Source: Candidatus Poseidoniales archaeon
GTDB taxonomy: Archaea; Thermoplasmatota; Poseidoniia; Poseidoniales; Poseidoniaceae
Reading direction: 5' to 3'
Length of the DNA: 64,000 nt
Assembly: GCA_038146705.1 (NCBI GenBank)
Contig: JAYQSB010000002.1
Span: forward strand, 8,688 to 72,687
Made by a program: the position numbers and the translations under genes. This document shows positions 57,218-64,000 of this stretch, one piece after another. The notes beneath the pieces were generated by a model, which had not been told where the DNA came from, ran no database searches, and saw only the letters and a list, made by a program, of their open reading frames with translations. How positions within the stretch are numbered: position 1 is the stretch's first letter; each line of letters opens with the position of its first letter.

Positions 57218-57835
57218 ATGAGATGGAGGTTTACGCTGTCATGCCTCTTCTTTTTGCTCATCGGTTCTTCGAGTTCATTGACGCAGGCTAGTCATTTGGG
57301 CGTGGGTGATGCAGCGAATGAAGGGTGTCAATGTCATGCGTATTCATCTGCAACTGAAATTTTCCTCGAAGGAATTCCACAACGCTTCGAATCGAATGCA
57401 ACACTGAATGTTACCTTACGAATTGAAAGCGATATAGAATTTAACGAAGGCAATCACGCAGGAGGTTTTCGATTGGAGTACATCGGTGAAGGTTCAATCG
57501 GTATTCTCGACGAAGCAACAACCCAATTTCAGGATGGTTATCTAACACACACCGTAAATGGTTCAATGCACAGGTCGTGGCAGTTTGAATGGAAAACGCC
57601 TGAAAATAATTCAACGATTGTGGAGTTCAAGATTTTTGCAAATGCCGTCAATGGAAACAATCAACCTACTGGCGATGGTTGGTCATCCCTCTCGGTGACG
57701 GTCCCAGGAGTATCAAGCAACGAGGACTTTAATGCAAATACCAGTCAAGAGGTTGAAATTTTTGACCTTATCCTTCTAGCATGTGGTCTTGTACTTCTCG
57801 GCTATCTGCTTTGGACGAGTTTCCGTTCTAATTGA
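57218..57835 (+). CDS. Secreted or membrane-anchored protein with a CQCH motif (hypothetical).
   Basis: Signal peptide LSCLFFLLIGSSSSLTQA. NEGCQCHAY. NxT sequons. C-terminal TM LILLACGLVLLGYLLW. Confidence 0.4.
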   Translation: MRWRFTLSCLFFLLIGSSSSLTQASHLGVGDAANEGCQCHAYSSATEIFLEGIPQRFESNATLNVTLRIESDIEFNEGNHAGGFRLEYIGEGSIGILDEATTQFQDGYLTHTVNGSMHRSWQFEWKTPENNSTIVEFKIFANAVNGNNQPTGDGWSSLSVTVPGVSSNEDFNANTSQEVEIFDLILLACGLVLLGYLLWTSFRSN

Positions 57836-58958
57836 CAAATTCGATGCTTTGATTTCTTAGTGCCCGAAGTTGTCTGTTTTCATTTGAACCATGAATTTGT
57901 GCACTTTTTACACCGGTTAGGACGATCATCACACGAATTTCATCACCCATGGACTCATCAACTGCTGCACCCCAAATTATTTTTGCGTGGGGCGATATAC
58001 GCTGTTGGATAAGTTGTGCACAAATTTCAGCTTCTCCCAGGCTGAGAGATTCTCCTCCAACAACGTTGATGAGGGCTCCACGAGCATCAGAAGTATCCAT
58101 TTCGAGAAGCGGAGATTCAAATGCTTCTAGGGTTGCTTTTGTCGCACGTTCTGGTCCCGAACTTGAACCCAAACCAATCATGGCAACGCCACTACCAGAC
58201 TGAATGACTGACCGTAAGTCTTCAAAGTCAAGATTGACCATACCTTCAGTCGTGAGAAGTTCTGTTACACCTGTGATGGAGCGAACAAGTAACTCATCAC
58301 CAACTCTAAACGCTCTCGCTATAGGTAAATCCTTAACGCCTTCAATTTCCAAAAGTCGTTCATTGGGTATCACGAGTATGGTGTCACAAAATTCTCGTAG
58401 ACGTTCCAATCCCCACTCAGCATTTTGCTTTCGTAATGATCCTTCGGATTTGAAAGGATATGTAACAACAGCGATTGTTAACGCACCCTGTTGCTTTGCC
58501 AACCTTGCAAGGTGGCCTGCGGCGCCGGTACCTGAACCACCGCCCATGCCCGCTGTGATGATTGCGAGTTGGGTGTCTTCTGTGATACGACGTAAGGCAT
58601 TTTCAGATTCTAAAGCGGCCGCCTCGCCTTTTGTCGGATCCCCACCGGCACCTCTGCCTCTAGCAGAGCGACCGATCAAGATTTTCTGCTCAAGCGGAGA
58701 TTGAAGAAGTGCTTGTGCATCTGTATTGATGGCGTAGCCTGTAACATATGACGATTCAAACAATCCTTCTTCGTGCAATCTGTTGATAGCATTGCATCCC
58801 GCACCACCAACGCCGTAGACACGTATTCGAGGTTGAAGTGATTCAAGGAGAGCACGTAGTTCTGCATCGCTTCCTTCATCTAAACGAATTGGCGGAGTAC
58901 TATCTGATTGTAATTCTTCTTCGGAAAGTTGTAACACTCGCTCGATGAGATGGCGCAT
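57828..58958 (-). CDS. ftsZ: Cell-division GTPase FtsZ (tubulin/FtsZ family).
   Basis: IRVYGVGGAGCNAINRL (tubulin GGGTG-type N-motif) and GMGGGSGTGAAGHLARLAKQQGALTIAVVTYPFKSEG (T4 loop signature). Confidence 0.8.
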   Translation of the reverse strand: MRHLIERVLQLSEEELQSDSTPPIRLDEGSDAELRALLESLQPRIRVYGVGGAGCNAINRLHEEGLFESSYVTGYAINTDAQALLQSPLEQKILIGRSARGRGAGGDPTKGEAAALESENALRRITEDTQLAIITAGMGGGSGTGAAGHLARLAKQQGALTIAVVTYPFKSEGSLRKQNAEWGLERLREFCDTILVIPNERLLEIEGVKDLPIARAFRVGDELLVRSITGVTELLTTEGMVNLDFEDLRSVIQSGSGVAMIGLGSSSGPERATKATLEAFESPLLEMDTSDARGALINVVGGESLSLGEAEICAQLIQQRISPHAKIIWGAAVDESMGDEIRVMIVLTGVKSAQIHGSNENRQLRALRNQSIEFVN

Positions 58959-59044
58959 GGGGTTATTTTACCGAGATAGATTTTGAATGTGCCGCTTCCA
59001 TCGAGGTTAATGAATGCGATTTTCACACGAACTTCAAATTTCCA

Positions 59045-60076
59045 TCAGTCTCGAAGACCATCTTGCGTGACTTCGTAAACACATTCTCCATCAGGCAAGT
59101 TCGGAGAGTCAACAAGTCGGGCGATCCTCCGTCCAGCTTTTGCTTTTCTGAGGTAAAGTCTGAACGTGCTTGCGTGGGCTAAAATGTGGCCACCAATTGG
59201 TTTTGTGGGGTCGCCCCACAGTGCATCTGGTTTTGCATGAACTTGGTTGGTGACGAGAACAAGTGCATTGTTCACATCTGCTAGTTGCTTGAGATCTTTG
59301 AGATGACTGTTGAGTTTTTGTTGTCGTCGGGCAAGCATACCTCTACCGATGAATTCGGCTCTAAAATGACTGGTCAATGAATCAACAATAATCATCTTCA
59401 CATTCAAGCCTTTGCTCATTCGCTTTATTTCATCAGTGAGTAACATTTGATGTGCAGAGTTGTAGGCACGGGCAACATGTATTCTTGAGAGGACGTAGTC
59501 CGGATCTAAACCATGTCCTCGGGCCATTTGAGAGATTCTCTCTGGGCGAAATGTATCTTCAGTGTCGATGTAAAAGACATCTCCATCAAGCCCACCTTGG
59601 TCCAAGGGTAGTGTGCAATTTACAGCGAGTTGATGACCAATTTGTGTTTTTCCACTTCCGAATTCACCATACACTTCAACGAGTGCTTGGGTTTCAAAAC
59701 CTCCACCGAGTAAATCATCAATAGATTGTACTTTAGATGACAATTTCTGTACTTCTCTTCTTCGGTCGAGCAAAGCGTCTCCTGAAACAAAGCCGCCAAT
59801 GTTGGCCATTTTCTTGGCACCTGCAATGATTTTTGCTGCTACAGCTTCACCCAACTCGGCTTCTTCTGCTAGATCTGCTGGTGACATTACTGCGAGGGAA
59901 AGGAGTTCTTCGAATCCTGCTTCTCTTAATTTTTCGGCGGTTGCAGGACCCACTCCGGGTAGGTCCTCAATCGTCAATTCAGGTCCTTCTTCTTCCATTG
60001 GTACGTCCTCTTCTGCGAGGGAACCTTGGTCTTTTTTATCGGTTTGCTTGGATTTCGTTTTTGCTGGCATGACCAT
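59045..60076 (-). CDS. radA: DNA repair and recombination protein RadA (archaeal Rad51/RecA homolog).
   Basis: Hh[19 protein letters not shown]. Walker [13 protein letters not shown]. Walker [15 protein letters not shown]. The start is set at the internal MVMPAK; an alternative start at 60175 is possible. Confidence 0.85.
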   Translation of the reverse strand: MVMPAKTKSKQTDKKDQGSLAEEDVPMEEEGPELTIEDLPGVGPATAEKLREAGFEELLSLAVMSPADLAEEAELGEAVAAKIIAGAKKMANIGGFVSGDALLDRRREVQKLSSKVQSIDDLLGGGFETQALVEVYGEFGSGKTQIGHQLAVNCTLPLDQGGLDGDVFYIDTEDTFRPERISQMARGHGLDPDYVLSRIHVARAYNSAHQMLLTDEIKRMSKGLNVKMIIVDSLTSHFRAEFIGRGMLARRQQKLNSHLKDLKQLADVNNALVLVTNQVHAKPDALWGDPTKPIGGHILAHASTFRLYLRKAKAGRRIARLVDSPNLPDGECVYEVTQDGLRD

Positions 60077-60211
60077 ACGACATCGGTCATTTGTATATGA
60101 AGAATGAAAAGACAGTTCGGACATTTCACCGTAAGAATATGCAAACAACTGTGTCTTAGTAGCCTTATTTTTCACTTTCAGTTCATTTTTACAGTCAGTT
60201 AAAGTGAAGAA

Positions 60212-61009
60212 TTATTGAGGTAAATCAATCGGATTTGCCTCGGTTTCTTTTTCTTCATATCGAATGGATACATCATGCGTAATGTTGATATTATCTTCTC
60301 CTGATTCAATCACGACACTCAATGTCCATGTTCCCAAAGTCACACCGAGTTGGTCATGTTCCCAAAGTTTTGTTTGTCCATCGGCGATTGGCTCTGTCTT
60401 GGTCGCAGTTGTTTCACCATCTGGATCGTTGAGTTTCCAAGTTATTGTTGTCGTCCCACCAGTCCCTGGAATCAAGCTTTCTGGATTCGTGACTTGAGAA
60501 TCAATAGAAATGAGCGTTGGACCTTCACAGTTTTCGCAATCTGGAATGGTGTTGAGATTCATAGATTCAGGATCCTCAGAATTTTGCTCAACCCAATGCA
60601 TGAATGAATCTATTCGAATGAGAATGGACATATCTGCGACGTTTCCTTCGGAATCTTCTGCTCCTAGTGTCGCACTGAATAAGCCATGCGTCAAGTATTC
60701 GTATGTCAATGATGCAGATTGTGAAGCATCAATTTCGACTGGTGCACTTCCGTCGCCGGGCGTAAGCGAAAATATCCTCATCTCACCTTCAGTTGTTGTT
60801 GTACGAGCAAAATCGAAGGTTAGTTCCACACCAGTTTGAGAAATTCGTTGGCCGTTTGTCCAATTTTCGTAAAGTGTACCCGAGGTATGTTCGTAGTAAA
60901 CGATGAGGGTTACAGGCGATGACGTGGTATCTTCATCTGCTAAACAACCTGTAAGAATTGATGAAAGAAGGATAATGAGGAGAATGAGGGCTTCATTCAC
61001 CTTGGCCAT
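60212..61009 (-). CDS. Secreted (possibly lipid-anchored) beta-rich protein; hypothetical.
   Basis: Start at the internal ATG (MAKVNEALILLIILLSSILTGC), because the longer ORF would run through the tRNA gene. Signal peptide with Cys. T/S/N-rich beta-strand-like sequence follows. Confidence 0.45.
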   Translation of the reverse strand: MAKVNEALILLIILLSSILTGCLADEDTTSSPVTLIVYYEHTSGTLYENWTNGQRISQTGVELTFDFARTTTTEGEMRIFSLTPGDGSAPVEIDASQSASLTYEYLTHGLFSATLGAEDSEGNVADMSILIRIDSFMHWVEQNSEDPESMNLNTIPDCENCEGPTLISIDSQVTNPESLIPGTGGTTTITWKLNDPDGETTATKTEPIADGQTKLWEHDQLGVTLGTWTLSVVIESGEDNINITHDVSIRYEEKETEANPIDLPQ

Positions 61010-61106
61010 GGTACTGCTACATCTTCGATATAGATGAATCCAATGGATGAACGATGACAATTTCACAATCGGTGGTTTCAAATTAGAGCACAAATGGGGG
61101 AGGGTT

Positions 61107-61184
61107 AGCGAGGTGGGGTAGTCTGGATATCCCGTCGGGCTCATAACCCGGAGATCGATGGTTCAAATCCATCCCTCGCTACCA
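61107..61184 (+). tRNA. tRNA-Met (CAT), initiator type, with genomically encoded CCA.
   Basis: Cloverleaf by hand: acceptor AGCGAGG/CCTCGCT (A1:U72), D-loop with GG, anticodon stem TCGGG/CCCGG with three consecutive G:C, loop CU-CAU-AA, T-arm GATGG-TTCAAAT-CCATC, discriminator A, then CCA. Confidence 0.85.
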
Positions 61185-61973
61185 TCAACCATACTCGTAA
61201 TAATCGTGTTTTGGTTGCAAATTTTGCAAAGCAGATTCTAATTGTGCATTAGCAGCACGCTCTCCTGCCTCAATCCTTGAGATTTCTTGCTCTAAGAAAT
61301 CGATGTGCTCTTTACATTTGTTTTCAACGTTGTTTGAAGCCTGTTGCGCAATCTCCAATGCGTTTTTTATGATCTCAATTTCCACTTGTGAACCCGTTGA
61401 AGACATGACATAATAACGACCGTTGACTCTTGATACCCCTTTATTGTGTTCAAATGAATCAACCATGGCACCACATGTTGTAGCATCTATTATTCCATTG
61501 AGAAGTGCATCGCTCCACACCTCTAGTGGTTTGGTCAAGATCGCAGCACTTTTTTTGTACATTTTCTTAGCTGCTCCTTTCTTACCCGATTGTGAAAACA
61601 AATTTGCAGCAAGATGGTAATCTTCTCCTGAAGATGGAAGCGATTCGAGAAGATGCGGCGCATTCTTTTTGAGATATTTGTATAATTTATTTCGAAAAGA
61701 ATGTAATTTTTTTATCCAACGTAAACCTTCAGACCCTTTACCTCGCTGCAAGTGAATTGAACAAAGCAGGCGTAAACCTTTGACTAAATAGACGAGTTGT
61801 TGAACATCTTCTTGATGTTTTGTCAACATCAATTGACAGAATTCTGTAGCCATCACCTCAGCGAGTTCTAATCTTCCCTCCGTAGAATAACGTTCGATTT
61901 GTTGAATGGTCTGGGCAGGGTCGCTCATACCAAACATCGTACTCACAATAGGCACAACCTCATTATGTATCAT
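61185..61973 (-). CDS. Hypothetical helical protein.
   Basis: ORF only. Its stop codon abuts the tRNA 3' end. Confidence 0.35.
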   Translation of the reverse strand: MIHNEVVPIVSTMFGMSDPAQTIQQIERYSTEGRLELAEVMATEFCQLMLTKHQEDVQQLVYLVKGLRLLCSIHLQRGKGSEGLRWIKKLHSFRNKLYKYLKKNAPHLLESLPSSGEDYHLAANLFSQSGKKGAAKKMYKKSAAILTKPLEVWSDALLNGIIDATTCGAMVDSFEHNKGVSRVNGRYYVMSSTGSQVEIEIIKNALEIAQQASNNVENKCKEHIDFLEQEISRIEAGERAANAQLESALQNLQPKHDYYEYG

Positions 61974-62044
61974 GTCTTTGTCAAATTCTCACGAGGAAGA
62001 GAATCAATCAACAAACCTAAGTGTTTGAGTTTGCTCGATGAGGT

Positions 62045-62617
62045 GTGGAATTTCACGGATGTATCGCTATTACGGGAAGCCCAGGTGTTGGAAAAACAAC
62101 TCTTGCACATCTCTTGTCCTTGGCGTTAAATTTTGAAGTTCAATCGATTGAAAGCATCGCCGCTCAATCAAATTGCCTGGGGGGTGTGGATGAGAACGAT
62201 AGTACTATGCTCATTGACACGGATTGTCTCCAACAACAAATCCAGTTTCTTGGCAAAGATTGTATTGTTGAAGGCCATTTATCTCATTTCATTCCATCGA
62301 ACATCATTCTTGTTCTTCGTTGTCATCCTATGGTGCTCAAGCAACGGCTTGAGAAGCGAGCATACAGCGAGAGCAAAATTATCGAAAACGTAGAATGGGA
62401 ATTCCTTGGAGGTGCGAGGACTGAAATTTCACATATTGAACACCAAACATTAGTTCTTGAATTTGACACCTCAAACGAAGATGCAGAAAGTATCTGCCAA
62501 AAGGTCATTCAGAAATTGTCCGAAACAACGCCTCCCTCTCATTCGAATCAAGACCACATCGATTGGATTGAAAATGCCAATATTGATGTCAAAATGTTCG
62601 ATGCATCCCGACTTTGA
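62045..62617 (+). CDS. P-loop kinase, Fap7/adenylate-kinase-6-like.
   Basis: IAITGSPGVGKTTLAHLLS at the N-terminus (Fap7: IAITGTPGVGKTT). Length 190 aa. GTG start. Confidence 0.5.
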   Translation: MEFHGCIAITGSPGVGKTTLAHLLSLALNFEVQSIESIAAQSNCLGGVDENDSTMLIDTDCLQQQIQFLGKDCIVEGHLSHFIPSNIILVLRCHPMVLKQRLEKRAYSESKIIENVEWEFLGGARTEISHIEHQTLVLEFDTSNEDAESICQKVIQKLSETTPPSHSNQDHIDWIENANIDVKMFDASRL

Positions 62618-62659
62618 ACAAAAACATAACAATACAGAACAACTGGGCAACATGATATC

Positions 62660-63367
62660 ATGGCACTTGAGCAGTTGAGAAAAACTTGGGAAAAAAGTTT
62701 AGATCCACTCCTTGAAAAATACGATTGGATATCGCCATCAACGATTACCTGGATTGCCCTTCCCATCGGCTTACTGGCTGCAATTCTCTCTTGGTTCGCT
62801 CCCGCAGGGGAAGAAGGAGGCTGGTGGTTTCTCGGAAGTGCTGCGTTGATTGGAGTTGCGATGATTTTTGATGGGCTCGATGGACCTATTGCGAGGAAAA
62901 AAGGCCTCGTCTCGCGATGGGGCGATTATCTTGACCACACTTTTGATAGAGTTCTTGATGCTGTTTGGTTAATCGGGATTAGTGCTTCTGTCTATGTTGA
63001 TAGCCTAGCACTTGGTTTCGCATCTGCCTTTTTCACACTCCTCGGGTCATACATGGGAACACAAGCCCAAGCAGTTTCTGGAACACGGAATTATGGTGGC
63101 TTTTCCAGAGCGGATAGAACGGTGTTGATTATTCTCATGCTAACGATTATGGGTATCGTCACCCTTGCAGATTATCCGTTTAATGACAGATTCATGGCAC
63201 CATTTGATTCTATCAAAATGAATCCTCTTTCCGTTGCTCTCTTCGTGAGTCTTTTCGGCGGATTGTGGACGTTCTTCCTCCGTTTTTTCCAAGCACAAAA
63301 GGTGATTCAAGCCATGGATGCCAACCATCCACTGCCACAACCAAATGCGAAAATGGAAGAAGAATGA
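62660..63367 (+). CDS. CDP-alcohol phosphatidyltransferase (archaetidylserine / archaetidylinositol-phosphate synthase family).
   Basis: DGLDGPIARKKGLVSRWGDYLDHTFDRVLDAV matches D-x2-DG-x2-AR-x8-G-x3-D-x3-D. Multi-TM. Confidence 0.8.
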   Translation: MALEQLRKTWEKSLDPLLEKYDWISPSTITWIALPIGLLAAILSWFAPAGEEGGWWFLGSAALIGVAMIFDGLDGPIARKKGLVSRWGDYLDHTFDRVLDAVWLIGISASVYVDSLALGFASAFFTLLGSYMGTQAQAVSGTRNYGGFSRADRTVLIILMLTIMGIVTLADYPFNDRFMAPFDSIKMNPLSVALFVSLFGGLWTFFLRFFQAQKVIQAMDANHPLPQPNAKMEEE

Positions 63368-63470
63368 CCGGAAAAGTGCAAAGGTGGGCAAATAGAACAT
63401 TTTAAGCAAAACAACGACATAGTCATAATATACGAAGTTCACAGGTGTATAGGCGGGGTGGGGTATCCAA

Positions 63471-64000
63471 TGAACAGAACACGGCGACACACATCGGTTG
63501 TTATCGCAATTTTTCTCCTTACGTTAGCACCAATTTCACTGTTTGCAACTGCGCAAGATGAAGGCGATCCTGAAAATTATCAAGCCCAAAATATCACGGC
63601 TTATTTCGACCCAGTCACCGAATCAACAATCGTGAATTGGACGGTTCAAGCATCAGTTGATGGAACAGCACAGTTCATTCAATATCAAACATACCAAGTC
63701 TACAGGTCAACAGACCCAATTACACCATCCACAATTGGTTCACTCACGCCTTTTGCAACCCGACAGGTTTGTCCAACAACGATGAGCCCGTTTGATTGTT
63801 ATGGGATGAATCATAGCGCAACATTCCAAGTCTCACCAGGTGTGAATGGCTCGTTTTATTATGCTGTGACGACATTGCTTGCTGACCAAACGGAAGCTGC
63901 CGAACTCATCATGAACTCTTCCTCGCTCTACACACCTGTCGTGGAGATAACTTCTGCTATTCGAACACCTTATTTCGTTTCGGCATCGTTTGACCCATCG
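63471..64000 (+). CDS. Secreted protein, N-terminal fragment (3' end outside the window).
   Basis: ATG at 63471. Signal peptide VVIAIFLLTLAPISLFATAQ. NxT sequons. Open to the window end. Confidence 0.4.

Noticed and set aside
61010-61144. N-terminal extension of ORF 60212..61144 (-).
   Set aside because: It would be transcribed through the initiator tRNA-Met gene on the opposite strand. The internal ATG gives a clean signal peptide, so the extension is probably not translated.
1-64000. A search for CRISPR arrays, rRNA, IS/transposase or integrase genes.
   Set aside because: Scanning by eye found no regularly spaced direct repeats, no rRNA-like conserved stretches, and no DDE or tyrosine-recombinase motifs. 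The absence cannot be proven without tools.

Overview
This 64 kb window looks archaeal. Archaeal markers include the GatE C-terminus, two Pth2 peptidyl-tRNA hydrolases, RadA, FtsZ, a Fap7-like kinase, and an initiator tRNA-Met with an A1:U72 pair and three G-C pairs in the anticodon stem. The proteome is acidic, GC content is moderate to low, and one 2774-aa surface protein spans 8.3 kb. By inference only, this points to a marine planktonic euryarchaeote (Poseidoniales/MGII-like).

I read about 45 protein genes and one tRNA, tightly packed with many 4-nt start/stop overlaps. Housekeeping genes dominate: GatE, threonine aldolase, proline iminopeptidase, phosphatidylserine decarboxylase, a PabAB fusion with PabC, malic enzyme MaeB, isocitrate dehydrogenase, OsmC, TspO, a PduO-type cobalamin adenosyltransferase, Nudix, an MMPL/RND transporter, a CDP-alcohol phosphatidyltransferase, an Obg/Ygr210-type GTPase, and RlmH.

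The most unusual locus is a translationally coupled two-gene operon at 10311-18931. It encodes a bacterial-type AddAB/AdnAB-like helicase-nuclease: a 1239-aa AddB/RecC-like subunit and a 1634-aa UvrD-type helicase-nuclease, each carrying a RecB-family nuclease domain with a Cys4 iron-sulfur staple. A divergent TFB-like zinc-ribbon protein lies upstream. Archaea normally use Mre11-Rad50-HerA-NurA for this role, so the operon is a candidate horizontally acquired end-resection or defence module.

Other notable loci:
- a 1167-aa protein with a C-terminal split PIN nuclease domain;
- a secreted beta-propeller fused to a DUF4430 (transcobalamin-like) domain, next to a candidate ECF-type S-component;
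- a polytopic membrane protein with two C-terminal EF-hands;
- tandem Pth2 paralogs;
- a Cx7CxxC radical-SAM-like enzyme;
- a truncated FGE-like domain fused to transmembrane helices.

I found no CRISPR array, rRNA or recognisable transposase.
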